Shown: one piece after another, positions 38,402 through 48,446 of the stretch
Numbering within the stretch: position 1 is the first letter of the stretch
Layout of the letters: every line of letters starts with the position of its first letter
IMG/VR virus record: IMGVR_UViG_2565956960_000004
Coordinates: 1-64,000 of that record
Strand: one strand, 5' to 3'
DNA from: a virus
Taxonomy: Duplodnaviria; Caudoviricetes
DNA: 64,000 nt
Translations under genes and position numbers: made by a program
The notes under the pieces: model-generated
Databases searched by the model: none
Seen by the model: the letters and a program-made list of their open reading frames with translations, nothing else
What the model was told of the DNA's origin: nothing

Positions 38402-39547
38402 ATGGTTATTCAATATTATTTAACAGATGCAGGGCGTGAAGTTGCTTTAAGTGCAGCGACGTTAGGGTTAGAAGTATCTCTGGCACATATAGGTGTTGGT
38501 TCTGCTAAATATGACCCATTAACTGCATTAGGCAACACAACATTAGTCAATGAGATTGCACGTTTTCCGTTGAATGGTGGTGGCGTAGAACCCAACTCCA
38601 AAACATTGCGTTTCGTAACGAGCATTGAACCCACTATTACGGCAGATGGTTTTGAAATTGGAATTTTCACAAGTACCGGTGTTCTTTTTGCAATAGCGTC
38701 AACAACAACAAATGTCCCGCTGATTCGACTGGTTGCAAATATTGTCACTATTTCAACCTTTGGAATGATTCTATCAACCATAACCCTTACAAATATTCTT
38801 ATCGCGATTGATCCGAATACACCGGTTTGCGTGGCATTGATGAATCAGCATTTAGATCATCCAGATCCACATCCGCAGTATGCGACAAAAATTGATTTAA
38901 GTAATGAGACAGATGCTCGAAATGTAAGTGATAACTTACTGAATGACAAAATAGACCTTAAGTACGATAAGGCCGGCGGAACCATTTCAGGAAATGCCCG
39001 ACTTGATGGAAATCTCAATAAAGTTAATGGAACTTTGATAGCAAAAGATTTTGCAGTGCATGGCAATGGTGTTGATCAAAGTTTAGGAATGACTATTTCA
39101 ACTCAAGCTGGCTATGCAGGTTTCCACAATACGGATGTCAATGGTGCCATTGATCCGAATTCAATGTTTTCATTTGCTGGTCGGGTTTTTTTTGGTAGTA
39201 CATTCTCAAATTCACCAGGACCCAACTCTTTCGGTCGTTCCACCAGTTTACCTAACGGTTTTATTATGCAATTTGGATTTGTTGCATCTGGCGATATGAC
39301 CCCGTTTTCAGGTTCTTCGACGGGTGAAAAGTTTTTCAATTTAACTTTCCCTCAGCAATTTCCAAATGCTTGTCTTAGCGGTCAAGCAACGATATGTCTG
39401 CAGTCTGTAGATCAAAATAATGATACGTGGGCGCAGGTGGGAAATATTACAAACAATGGCATGACCCTAGTCAGCCAGACACCCGATCCAGACAGTGGTT
39501 CATTTAAAGCATTTAGCGGTATTTTTTGGCTAGCAATCGGGTTCTAA
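38402..39547 (+). CDS. tail fibre protein
   Basis: LTDAGR N-terminus, H...DPHPQY, LPNGFIMQFG...FPQQFPNAC...FWLAIG gp53-like C-terminus. Confidence 0.85.
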   Translation: MVIQYYLTDAGREVALSAATLGLEVSLAHIGVGSAKYDPLTALGNTTLVNEIARFPLNGGGVEPNSKTLRFVTSIEPTITADGFEIGIFTSTGVLFAIASTTTNVPLIRLVANIVTISTFGMILSTITLTNILIAIDPNTPVCVALMNQHLDHPDPHPQYATKIDLSNETDARNVSDNLLNDKIDLKYDKAGGTISGNARLDGNLNKVNGTLIAKDFAVHGNGVDQSLGMTISTQAGYAGFHNTDVNGAIDPNSMFSFAGRVFFGSTFSNSPGPNSFGRSTSLPNGFIMQFGFVASGDMTPFSGSSTGEKFFNLTFPQQFPNACLSGQATICLQSVDQNNDTWAQVGNITNNGMTLVSQTPDPDSGSFKAFSGIFWLAIGF

Positions 39548-39549
39548 CT

Positions 39550-39822
39550 ATGATCAATGAATTTCGCAATGCCATTCGAGACCATATTAATCGAACCATT
39601 CAGCAGGGGAAGTTGAATCAATTAATTATCTGGGACGTAAAATCAGATGAAGCGGCAGACCCCACTTTATTAAGCTTTAGAATCTATGGTTCCCGTATTC
39701 ATACAGATGTAATTCAAGTGGCTTGTGGTGTCAGCGGGATTTGGGAGAAATTACCTGAAAAGCGTATCGCCGTTCCGACAATCAATGATGTTTTACGTTT
39801 AAGAAACGAATATCAGGCGTAG
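39550..39822 (+). CDS. baseplate tail-X/LysM-like protein (P1 gp26-like)
   Basis: DEAADPTLLSFRIYG...LPEKRIAVP. Confidence 0.6.
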   Translation: MINEFRNAIRDHINRTIQQGKLNQLIIWDVKSDEAADPTLLSFRIYGSRIHTDVIQVACGVSGIWEKLPEKRIAVPTINDVLRLRNEYQA

Positions 39823-39830
39823 GTGGAATT

Positions 39831-41003
39831 ATGGCGATTGACGATAATTTCCAACAAGCTTACAAGCAGATGCAAAGTGCTTTGCAGAACGGGCGTTTGC
39901 GTAGAGATTTGCAAGGTAGACGAAGCGATGATAATAAGCAGCGTGCATTTGCAGAACGTGAGATTGAATACGATGACCGTGGTCGCAAAATTCCACGTCC
40001 CATGTTTTTACGTCCTGAAGATATTGCGAAGGGACAAGATTACGATGTTGAGAAGGTTCTGTTTACAACTCTGGGCCAACAAAAGGGTGATCGTCCGCGG
40101 CGTATAACCAGGGATGATATTCTAGCTTTCCAAGACAATATTCTGTTGCTCAAAGACCAGTATAAAAAGGGCATTACAATTCAGAATATCATTAACTTGA
40201 GCTTGGCTGATGATATTGACCGCGCCAATGAGCAAATCTATTTAGCCGTGCCGATCAGCCGTAAAAGTGGTCTGGTTCATTTTCTCACAAATGCTGGACC
40301 TAACAGTAAGGTCCAAAATCACCATGTAGAAGTTGAATTTTCTAATTTTAATTCAGTGGTTTTTGATATCAAAAAAGAAGCAATCTCGACTGTAAAAAAT
40401 CGGCTTGCAAATGGAAAGATTAGATTTGAATGTGATTGTGAACGGCATACATTCTGGTACCGGTACATGGCGACCATCGGTGGCTATGGCTTAGGTAGGC
40501 AGGAAGGTGGTTTTCCTAAAGTTAGAAATCCGCATTTATCCGGTGTTGCATGTAAGCATGTTCTGCGTGTCGCCAAATGGATTACTTCACCAGCGGGCAT
40601 TCAATATCTAAAAAAACAAGTTGAAGCTGACCGTAAGAAACAAGTTGGTGCCAGATATAAGCTTTCCGATGCGCAAATCCAAGAACAGATAAATCAACAA
40701 GTTAAAGATTTAGAAAGTGGGATGTCTAAACCAATTGTTGGGAACGTTCAAAAAGCAGAACAGGAAATGATGCGCCGTGCTGAAAAAGTGGCTAAAAAGC
40801 ACTTTGCTAAGCAATTAAAAGAGCTGAAGGCATTAGAAAATAAACTTCATAAAGTCACTGTACAGGCGCAATTGGAAGCAGTTCTGCATACATTAAACAA
40901 AGATAAGCAAACTCAGGCCAGACGAATGGCTGATCTATGGGTGCGAAATGAAATCACCCAACAAGATTTTGATATTTATATGAGAGGTCTAAATGCTAAA
41001 TAG
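39831..41003 (+). CDS. P1 gp25-like protein with SWIM-type zinc finger
   Basis: CDCERHTFWYRYMAT...FPKVRNPHLSGVACKH. Confidence 0.7.
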   Translation: MAIDDNFQQAYKQMQSALQNGRLRRDLQGRRSDDNKQRAFAEREIEYDDRGRKIPRPMFLRPEDIAKGQDYDVEKVLFTTLGQQKGDRPRRITRDDILAFQDNILLLKDQYKKGITIQNIINLSLADDIDRANEQIYLAVPISRKSGLVHFLTNAGPNSKVQNHHVEVEFSNFNSVVFDIKKEAISTVKNRLANGKIRFECDCERHTFWYRYMATIGGYGLGRQEGGFPKVRNPHLSGVACKHVLRVAKWITSPAGIQYLKKQVEADRKKQVGARYKLSDAQIQEQINQQVKDLESGMSKPIVGNVQKAEQEMMRRAEKVAKKHFAKQLKELKALENKLHKVTVQAQLEAVLHTLNKDKQTQARRMADLWVRNEITQQDFDIYMRGLNAK

Positions 41004-41550
41004 TGCAGTAAATCGCGTGGCAAATGGCCGTCATCTTGCAGCCAGACGAGTGGTAATGAATACACTTGGCACCATACCAGCGCAAGTATGGCGTAAGCGT
41101 ATTGTCTATAGTAATCAAGCTGATGCTCATTCACCGGTTGATCCACTTTCGTTTGAGGCTAATGCTCTATCGATACAGGATGAGCCTAACTATGAATACG
41201 ACCCTTTAGGGTTCGCTTATGTGCTTGTTGATAAGTTTAATGGCGGGGTGATCCATAAAAACTACAGTATGAACAATCCAAGTGATTTGACCATTATCGC
41301 GCAAATCGCTGCGTATGATCCTGAACTTGAATCGTTAGCTGATCAAATAAATAACATTCCAGATTTGCAATTCCAAGAAGGTGATTTACTCGCACTGATG
41401 ATTTACCAGGGCTTTATTGTTTGGTTTGAAATTGTTGGAACTACAGGCCAAACCCTAATGGCAGAGTTTGGTACAAACTACATTTTAAACCGCCGTGACG
41501 AATTAAGTATTGATCCGGTCAAGAGCGAAGTAGAGTCGAGGACGAAGTGA
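40993..41550 (+). CDS. virion head-closure/neck protein (putative)
   Basis: DEPNYEYDPLG, EGDL, LNRRD; late operon position. Confidence 0.5.
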   Translation: MLNSAVNRVANGRHLAARRVVMNTLGTIPAQVWRKRIVYSNQADAHSPVDPLSFEANALSIQDEPNYEYDPLGFAYVLVDKFNGGVIHKNYSMNNPSDLTIIAQIAAYDPELESLADQINNIPDLQFQEGDLLALMIYQGFIVWFEIVGTTGQTLMAEFGTNYILNRRDELSIDPVKSEVESRTK

Positions 41551-42938
41551 TGGGATTAATTGACGATAATTTATCTTGGGATGTGACTATTACGAATAAC
41601 GGAATAGTCAGTTATTTCGAAGCTTTATCCAAAACAACAATTAAAGCGGGGAGAACGGAGACTTTTCGCATTGGCAGCACATTGTTGGCTAATCAAATCA
41701 TAAGTAATGTAAAACAAGAGAATGATTTAAAAAAGGAAAATCTTATTGTTGCCACTAAACAGTTGGTTGCTCAATCAGGTGAAGTTGACTTAACTGATTA
41801 CTATACAAAAGATGAAGTGGATCAAATTTTAGCTGATATACCTGGTGGAGGTGGGGATTATAATTTCTCAGTCAAAGAGCTTGATTTAGTTGCTACTGCA
41901 CAAAGAACACCAACAACAATGCTTGTGACGCCTGATGTGGCCAATACAATTGATGGATCAAGCACGGTCGGAAAAATTACCGCGAATAACCAAGTGAAAG
42001 GTGGATATTTAAAAGTTATCGCTGGTGAGATCAAGCTTTCAATTGATCGGACAACGCCGTCTAGTAATATATTCGTAAACTTTGAGAGTGAGCCTACGGC
42101 TGCATTTGATGCAAACGGCGGCATCCCCTTTGGTAAAGTTGTTTTTGGTTGCGCATTTATTAATGATGCAACATTTCTTATTGCTGGCTATACAGAAGCA
42201 CCCATCCAAATTCTTTTACCGCCTGAAGGATTAAACCCCTTAGAAGAAGTCAGTTTTATCTTTGATCAAAATAAGATCCATTTAAAGCATAACGGGGTGA
42301 TACTTGAAACGTATATAAATCCTTCAGCACTCGGTAAATATTGGCAATTACTAAATGCTTCAGAGTTGCCTGATAATTACGAAACTATTTTCGATTTGAG
42401 TGAAGCTTTATCGGATATACGCTACAAACTACCTGAGACAGTTAAAGATGGTGATAATTTTCATTTAATTAGCGATGGAGAGTTGTTTAATAAAAAATTG
42501 GTGGCAGGTGATTACATAACGGTTTATGGAAATAAGAGCAATGTAACCGTTCTACGGTTGCCATCCGATCAGTTACCAACAACAAAACTTACATTACCCA
42601 TTACTTATTATCTGCAAGAACATGCATCAAAAGAGCTAAAAGCATACTACGACACTGAATTACGCGCAGTGTTCGTGTTTGGCTTATTTCATCTAAGCTC
42701 TTTTCCGAATCAAAGCAACATTGTTTTTGAAATTGATCTAAGTCAAATAAGTCTTAGTGCACCGAATTTAAATGCTATGGATTTGATTACTTATCATGGG
42801 AACAGTATTCAACGTGTGGGTGTAGTGTTTTCAAGAGAAGAAAAGTTGCTAAGGGTTAGAGTCGATCCAAATTTATTCGGTGGAACTGGTGAAAGCTACT
42901 TTTTATTATCAAATTTAGTGTTACAAGCAACTTTATAA
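41550..42938 (+). CDS. putative fibre/appendage structural protein
   Basis: DLTDYYTKDEVD and PGGGG linker; beta-rich modular body. Confidence 0.55.
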   Translation: MGLIDDNLSWDVTITNNGIVSYFEALSKTTIKAGRTETFRIGSTLLANQIISNVKQENDLKKENLIVATKQLVAQSGEVDLTDYYTKDEVDQILADIPGGGGDYNFSVKELDLVATAQRTPTTMLVTPDVANTIDGSSTVGKITANNQVKGGYLKVIAGEIKLSIDRTTPSSNIFVNFESEPTAAFDANGGIPFGKVVFGCAFINDATFLIAGYTEAPIQILLPPEGLNPLEEVSFIFDQNKIHLKHNGVILETYINPSALGKYWQLLNASELPDNYETIFDLSEALSDIRYKLPETVKDGDNFHLISDGELFNKKLVAGDYITVYGNKSNVTVLRLPSDQLPTTKLTLPITYYLQEHASKELKAYYDTELRAVFVFGLFHLSSFPNQSNIVFEIDLSQISLSAPNLNAMDLITYHGNSIQRVGVVFSREEKLLRVRVDPNLFGGTGESYFLLSNLVLQATL

Positions 42939-42949
42939 GGAGATTACTA

Positions 42950-43378
42950 ATGTTACAGACATATGATTTGCCTCAGGAAGTTGTCATAGAGATTTTTAAC
43001 AAGGCACAGGTATCTTATTCAATAAACGGGAATGAATTTAATATCTTTCCATTTCATTTAAGCAATGCACAACGAGCATTAACAGCGTATTTTGTGTCGC
43101 AAAGGCCTAAAAATCTTCTGCCGGTTCAGTTTTATTTTTTATTGGCGAATTGTGGTTTAGACAAAGTACTTAATCCCTTATTGGATGCTGTAGAGACGAC
43201 CGACAAAGTTAAGTACGCAATGTATAAGGCATATTTGAACGGTGCTCGATATTACGAATTTTCGAAAGCAGTTGGCCTATATACAGAGCTTAAAGACAAG
43301 ATTATTGCGATTAATCCAGAACTGGATTTTAGCGTTAATCAGTTGGAGGCAATGTGGGTTAGTGCATCTCAAATTTGA
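42950..43378 (+). CDS. putative fibre assembly chaperone
   Basis: L.PVQF...LL..GL...QLEAMW..A C-terminal pattern; AGGAG RBS. Confidence 0.5.
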   Translation: MLQTYDLPQEVVIEIFNKAQVSYSINGNEFNIFPFHLSNAQRALTAYFVSQRPKNLLPVQFYFLLANCGLDKVLNPLLDAVETTDKVKYAMYKAYLNGARYYEFSKAVGLYTELKDKIIAINPELDFSVNQLEAMWVSASQI

Positions 43379-43379
43379 C

Positions 43380-43419
43380 CGGAACTTTTCACTTTGAAAT
43401 TTTGGAATTGCTGAATAAT
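43380..43419 (+). promoter_or_regulatory. late promoter motif 7
   Basis: CGGAAC-N28-AATAAT. Confidence 0.6.
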
Positions 43420-43449
43420 GAAAATTATTCTTTTTGGTGATTTCAAACT

Positions 43450-43752
43450 ATGACTTTTTTAGTAATCAATGAAAGTGGTAAAGCGGTGGGTGATAAAGGA
43501 ATGGTGGCCCAATGTACATCAGCTATCTTTAATTACCAGGTCATTGGAGCTGGTGCCGCCGTGGATTTTTTCGGTAGTAATCATCCATCAGCAGATGTTG
43601 AAAATGAGGAGCATTGGTCTCCAATCGTTAAGGTTGAAGCTGGAACACCAGATACCGAACCATTCCGGCAGCATGCTTGGGATAAGATACGTTATGTAGT
43701 GACGGCTGGAGCTAATGTTGAAATCTATGTATCAAGTGGAGTCAGTGGTTAA
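43450..43752 (+). CDS. small beta-rich virion protein (decoration-like)
   Basis: Own late promoter and terminator (43783-43813); FFGSN...W...WDKIR. Confidence 0.6.
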   Translation: MTFLVINESGKAVGDKGMVAQCTSAIFNYQVIGAGAAVDFFGSNHPSADVENEEHWSPIVKVEAGTPDTEPFRQHAWDKIRYVVTAGANVEIYVSSGVSG

Positions 43753-43856
43753 AACCAAACTATTTCTTGATCCAGCAAAAAATAACCATTCTTTAAATAA
43801 GAGTGGTTTTTTTATTTATAAAGCCTTGAAATTGAGCCTCGATATAGACAACCAAT

Positions 43857-43896
43857 TGGAACAGACCAAAATGCTGTTTTTTTCGCATGAGAAAGT
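43857..43896 (+). promoter_or_regulatory. late promoter motif 8
   Basis: TGGAAC-N28-GAAAGT. Confidence 0.7.
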
Positions 43897-43939
43897 AGGA
43901 CATGAATTTTCATAAACCTAATTTCCGCAGGTGAAAAAA

Positions 43940-45706
43940 ATGTTTGATTTACCAGATCAACAAAGCAATCAATATCAGGCGCAAGTTTCAGCTGTAAACC
44001 AATGCCAGAATTATTTCTATCAGCAAGGTGAGACAACTGGATTTGATAGCGCCCAAGGGATGCCTGAAACAAAACCAACGGCATTAAATAATATTTTAAA
44101 TCTTGTTGGTTTTGACAGCGCTGGTGATATTGATAATGCGATCAAAGTGGGTATTTCTCAATACCAATATTGCCACGGCGGTGAATTACCGCATGCTTCA
44201 GTACTTGCTACTGCCTTAGATGCTGGTTTAGCTATGGCAAAGGCAGTAGATAAATATACTGATACCCAAAAGCAAAGCCTTCTAAAATTAGAAAGCGGAT
44301 TTGATGATGTGAGCAATACACATCAAGAATCTGTAAGTATTGTGCCAGCAATGACGGTTGCGACAATTGCTACAGTGATTGCATATGCGGCCCCGATCAT
44401 TGCTTATATTCCAAATAACAATGGTTCAAACGAAGTGCCAATTGTTGCCGCCCGTTTTGTGACAGATCGTGCATTCGGCGCAATGAATAAAGGCGATTAT
44501 CTGGATGGTGTAAATGCATCTAAACCATATTCAGAAGGCCGTTTCCGCTTTGCATTGAGTAATGGTGGGAATGGTGCAGTTTATACGGTAGTTGCTCGTA
44601 CACAATACGAAGACTTCGCTGCTAAAACACCGAAAGCAGGGGCGCCATTGTTACCTTTCATCGGTGGAAATATCTCTATCCGAATTAATGGTAAAGAAGT
44701 TGCTCATACGCGTAACCGTAGTAAATCAAAACTTGCTGGCCAAATTTCAGCAATTGCTGAGAAAAAAGCGGTAATTGCTGGTACCGAATATACTGTAGCT
44801 GGAAGTGCTATCAATTTAGATACCAGCGAAATTTCGGTCACTTTAAATCAAGCCTTGCCTGCTGGTGCCAAGTTAGAAGTATTCTTAGTGGCTGATTTTG
44901 ATGCACGTGATAACTCAAATAAATTTAAGCTTGAACCAGTAGGTGTAAGTATTGCACCTGATTATGACTCGCTTGTGAGCTCTCCAATCGTAACGCAAAT
45001 CCGCGCATCTAAATTGTTAGTGAACCAGGTAACTAATGAACTAAATGTAGGTTTTGTGGGTACGGCGGTGGCTTTAATGCAAGGTAAAATTTACCTTGAG
45101 CAAACTGTTCGATTGCTTGGTGAAGGTAAAGAGCGTGCTCTATACAACGAGCGTGAATATACCTTTGATGCAAGCCGTGGTGTTACAGGCAACCTAGCCG
45201 CTGCATACAATACTACAGGCGACTTGTTTGGCGAGTTAATGAAGTACATTGAAGCAGCCAAAACAAAGATTATCCAAGACACAGGCGGCGCAACTGTAGG
45301 TTTTGATTTACACGTCGGTGATAGCGCTAAAGTGTTCTTTGCTCAATTATCTTCTGACAAGATGCCAACCAAAACTGGTGCAACAGCGGGCCATGGTCAA
45401 ATTGTTCGAATCGGTACATTAGCAGATGGTACGAATGTTTATCACGTGCCGAGTTCTGCGGAAGTACTTGTGGAAGCAGGTCAAGCATTCGAGATGCTAT
45501 TAGTGGGACGCGGAAGTGAACCGGTTCGCAATCCACTTGTTGGCTTTATCGAAATGCCTTTGACAGTCAGCGAAGCTACACCAGATCCGCGTGAGACGCT
45601 TTTAGGCTTGATTGGTTCGCAGGCGGCAGAACTGAATCCATTGGATCGCTACGCTGATCAATTTGCATTGATCAAAGCAATCAATATGCCGAAGCTCAAA
45701 GACTAA
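43940..45706 (+). CDS. major capsid protein (P1 gp23-like)
   Basis: Y...HGGELPHASVLA, FGAMNKGDYLD...YSEGRFRFAL parallel P1 gp23; AGGTG RBS. Confidence 0.8.
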   Translation: MFDLPDQQSNQYQAQVSAVNQCQNYFYQQGETTGFDSAQGMPETKPTALNNILNLVGFDSAGDIDNAIKVGISQYQYCHGGELPHASVLATALDAGLAMAKAVDKYTDTQKQSLLKLESGFDDVSNTHQESVSIVPAMTVATIATVIAYAAPIIAYIPNNNGSNEVPIVAARFVTDRAFGAMNKGDYLDGVNASKPYSEGRFRFALSNGGNGAVYTVVARTQYEDFAAKTPKAGAPLLPFIGGNISIRINGKEVAHTRNRSKSKLAGQISAIAEKKAVIAGTEYTVAGSAINLDTSEISVTLNQALPAGAKLEVFLVADFDARDNSNKFKLEPVGVSIAPDYDSLVSSPIVTQIRASKLLVNQVTNELNVGFVGTAVALMQGKIYLEQTVRLLGEGKERALYNEREYTFDASRGVTGNLAAAYNTTGDLFGELMKYIEAAKTKIIQDTGGATVGFDLHVGDSAKVFFAQLSSDKMPTKTGATAGHGQIVRIGTLADGTNVYHVPSSAEVLVEAGQAFEMLLVGRGSEPVRNPLVGFIEMPLTVSEATPDPRETLLGLIGSQAAELNPLDRYADQFALIKAINMPKLKD

Positions 45707-45781
45707 TAACGATTACAGGATAAGGTGCTAGATGCGCCTTATCTTGTTTCATTAATAACTCAAAAAGGCTGGTACATTCTT

Positions 45782-46468
45782 ATGACTGATGTTCAACAAA
45801 ATCCACAAGACGAAACTGAAAATACAAAGGCTACAACAGGGCCGAGAAAACGTGGACCAAAACCCAAAAATGCAGCAGACAATGCGGCTGGTAACAATAC
45901 AGAACCTAAATCTCAAAACGAGCAACAAGGCGCAGAGGAAAGCTCTGGCGTTATTTCTTCATCACAGACAGAGTTACAGTCATCAACTGAATCATTAGGC
46001 AACCATTCACCAGAAGCTTCAAATGCTCAAGGTGAGGCATCTAAAGATGAAGGTGATCAGTCTAGTGTTGATCAAAATAAATCTGATGATGGTACCAGTG
46101 ACAACGTGAACTCTGGCCCTGAAAATAACCAAGGCCAACAAGCACAACAAGTTACATCGGGTGGGAATTCAGACCCTAGTCAATCTGGTGATGAACAATC
46201 CAAGACTGAACAGGTAAATAACAACGAAAATATTGTTGTTCAGGAAACCGCCAAAGCAGACATTAAACCTAAAAAAGGCTTAATTGTTAAAGTAAAGAAT
46301 GTTGGACTAAAAGCAGTCTATGAACCCCATTCAAAAATCTCAATTGAACCTGGTGATGAAGGAACAATAATCGAATGTGCTAATCATGCTGACTTAAAAA
46401 GTGTGTTAGCAAATATTGATCAATTAAATGCCCTTGGTAAAAAAATTAAGGTTGTAAATGATGAATGA
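45782..46468 (+). CDS. low-complexity virion-associated protein
   Basis: Disordered S/Q/N/E-rich N-terminus; C-terminal domain shared with the next ORF. Confidence 0.7.
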   Translation: MTDVQQNPQDETENTKATTGPRKRGPKPKNAADNAAGNNTEPKSQNEQQGAEESSGVISSSQTELQSSTESLGNHSPEASNAQGEASKDEGDQSSVDQNKSDDGTSDNVNSGPENNQGQQAQQVTSGGNSDPSQSGDEQSKTEQVNNNENIVVQETAKADIKPKKGLIVKVKNVGLKAVYEPHSKISIEPGDEGTIIECANHADLKSVLANIDQLNALGKKIKVVNDE

Positions 46469-46730
46469 GTTTGATGGTACAAATCCGATCTTAAATGCGT
46501 TGGGTGATCAACCGGTCATTCGTGATGTATCAATGCTGAATAAAGGGGCAACTCGAAAAATTGAACCTTTGACGGGGGTACATCTTCAGCCTGGTCAAAC
46601 TATTGAAATTCGTGTTACTGGTGAAGTGGCATTTAATACGATCAAGAACAATATTGATCAATTAAATGCACTCAATGGCAACTTGATTGAGTTTGAATCT
46701 GTAATAGTGGAAGAAGATGACCCCGAGTAA
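46458..46730 (+). CDS. small paralogue of the preceding C-terminal domain
   Basis: N.G...EP.....PG...NIDQLNAL shared with 45782..46468. Confidence 0.7.
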   Translation: MMNEFDGTNPILNALGDQPVIRDVSMLNKGATRKIEPLTGVHLQPGQTIEIRVTGEVAFNTIKNNIDQLNALNGNLIEFESVIVEEDDPE

Positions 46731-46778
46731 CCAGATCAAAACCAATGAAACTCTACCTTGTGTGGAGTTTTTTCATAT

Positions 46779-46818
46779 TGGAACTATTGAAATTCTAAAA
46801 ATTAGATGAGAGCAAAAT
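46779..46818 (+). promoter_or_regulatory. late promoter motif 9
   Basis: TGGAAC-N28-CAAAAT, directly after terminator 46746-46775. Confidence 0.75.
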
Positions 46819-46849
46819 AACTTAAACGTTTAGCCAAAGGGCAAACAGA

Positions 46850-47113
46850 GTGAACACAACAAAAATTCTCGGTGAGGCCGTTGGTATCCAAAGCCAAGGC
46901 ACTATCGACAAAACAGAGACACAAACAAATGCCGGACTGACCAGCGCCGTGATTGTGGGGCAGTTTATGCGTGGGCGGTTTGATCAGCCAATGTCGATTC
47001 ATCAGGGCAACATCCGCGGCCAACTCGGATATGAACCACAGAATCCTTATTACATTGCAGTTCAGGATTGCTTAGACACTGGCGTGCCAAGTGTGCAAGT
47101 GCTACGTGTCGGC
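46850..47113 (+). repeat. 264-bp direct repeat, copy 1 (copy 2 at 52296-52559)
   Basis: Long identical stretches such as GGTATCCAAAGCCAAGGCAC and TTTGATCAGCCAATGTC; differences are mostly at third codon positions. Confidence 0.9.
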
Positions 47114-47134
47114 CATTCAAATGTAGAGAGCTAA
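46850..47134 (+). CDS. tail sheath N-terminal domain encoded as a separate ORF
   Basis: LGEAVGIQ...IVGQFMRGRFDQPM...LG...VQVLRV resembles the P1 gp22 N-terminus. Confidence 0.7.
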   Translation: MNTTKILGEAVGIQSQGTIDKTETQTNAGLTSAVIVGQFMRGRFDQPMSIHQGNIRGQLGYEPQNPYYIAVQDCLDTGVPSVQVLRVGHSNVES

Positions 47135-47144
47135 TGGAGCATTT

Positions 47145-48434
47145 ATGTATAACTTAAAATTGATGAGTAATGGTAATTTGTCCATTGGTGGCGTAGGTAC
47201 AGATGTTTTAAGCCTGGACTTTCTAACATTCAATTATTTGCAAAATACTGAATTAGAGGTTGCTTTTTTCAGCAAGATTGGTGCGCCATCATTAGCAGAT
47301 ATTACTATGCGTTTACGCATCATTGATGCAATAACCGGTGATGAAGTTATTCGCATTCAGGGCATTGTTGATAGTGATCCTGAGAATATGGCTTCGATTG
47401 TTTCTGTTGCAGATGCAACCGAAGAATTTGAAGAATTTAGCTTAAGTTTTCAACCGGAAGCTTTAGATGGAATTTTGAATTCTGATGCATTCAACCCATC
47501 TAACAGCTTAGGGCGTAATAAGGTTTTTCTCACTTTAATTGATGAGCCGACACCGCCTTTTAATCCAGATGAAACAGTAAAAATCTTGACCAAGCTTGTG
47601 GACCCGCCATCTTATATCGCTTTACCAGTTGCAGATAACTTACCTCTATATGTAGCTTGTTTGCGCGTAGCCGAAAAGTTGAATATTCCGCTGGATGTAG
47701 AGATTGATCCAACAATTACCGAAGATCAAGCAGCCCAACTTGCTGAGAGCTTGGATGCGCAAAACCACCGAGTTCAATTGATTTGGTCGCCAAATATTTG
47801 CCGTCCTCGAGATGCAATTTCATTAAGAGGTCGCAAAGTACCGGCAACTTATATTGGGCAATATATTGGTGACAAATTACTACGCAATGCTCGGACTAAT
47901 GCGAAGGGTTTTGCGCCAATTCATTATGCTGTTGCTTGGAAGGATTATCCATTCAAGAAAAAAGCCTTAAAACAAAGGCCAGATATTGATTTAGAAGATG
48001 AACAAACCTTAGAAATGCTTGCCAAAGCAAAAGTTAACGTTGTTCGGCCTATCAAGTTTGATAATGGTGTTCAGTTTGTTTTAAGTGATGTCTTAACACA
48101 ATATCAAAGTAAAAATAGTGCATTACGGTTAATTAACGCAGCTGAAATCGCGATGCGTACCAAGAATGATACGGTCAATATTCTTAAAAATCATATGCTG
48201 AAGCCAACCGAAGATTACTTGGAAAAGGCAAGCAAAGAAATTGAAAAATATCTATCTGATGCTGCAACTTCAGGTTGGTTGAAACCCGCAGAAGAATTAA
48301 GTGGTCAACCGTATGTATTCCGTTTAATACCAGATAACGATTTTCCATTTGAACGAGTGCGTTTATATCTTGCCCGCCGTCCAGAAGGTGCAACCCGAGC
48401 AGTAATCTTTGATGAAGATGTTCTAGTTAAATAA
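47145..48434 (+). CDS. tail sheath protein, main body (P1 gp22-like)
   Basis: APIHYAVA, LAKAKVNVV, SDVLT...SALRL, RRPEGATR; own GGAG RBS. Confidence 0.8.
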   Translation: MYNLKLMSNGNLSIGGVGTDVLSLDFLTFNYLQNTELEVAFFSKIGAPSLADITMRLRIIDAITGDEVIRIQGIVDSDPENMASIVSVADATEEFEEFSLSFQPEALDGILNSDAFNPSNSLGRNKVFLTLIDEPTPPFNPDETVKILTKLVDPPSYIALPVADNLPLYVACLRVAEKLNIPLDVEIDPTITEDQAAQLAESLDAQNHRVQLIWSPNICRPRDAISLRGRKVPATYIGQYIGDKLLRNARTNAKGFAPIHYAVAWKDYPFKKKALKQRPDIDLEDEQTLEMLAKAKVNVVRPIKFDNGVQFVLSDVLTQYQSKNSALRLINAAEIAMRTKNDTVNILKNHMLKPTEDYLEKASKEIEKYLSDAATSGWLKPAEELSGQPYVFRLIPDNDFPFERVRLYLARRPEGATRAVIFDEDVLVK

Positions 48435-48446
48435 TAGGTGATAAAA

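Noticed and set aside
38402..43378. P1-type invertible tail-fibre segment (Cin/cix), suggested by the Fis gene
   Set aside because: No serine invertase, inverted cix sites or reversed fibre cassette seen in the window
46850..48434. Tail sheath pseudogene
   Set aside because: The downstream ORF has its own RBS and ATG, and homology with the duplicate ends near the split point; a natural split is more likely
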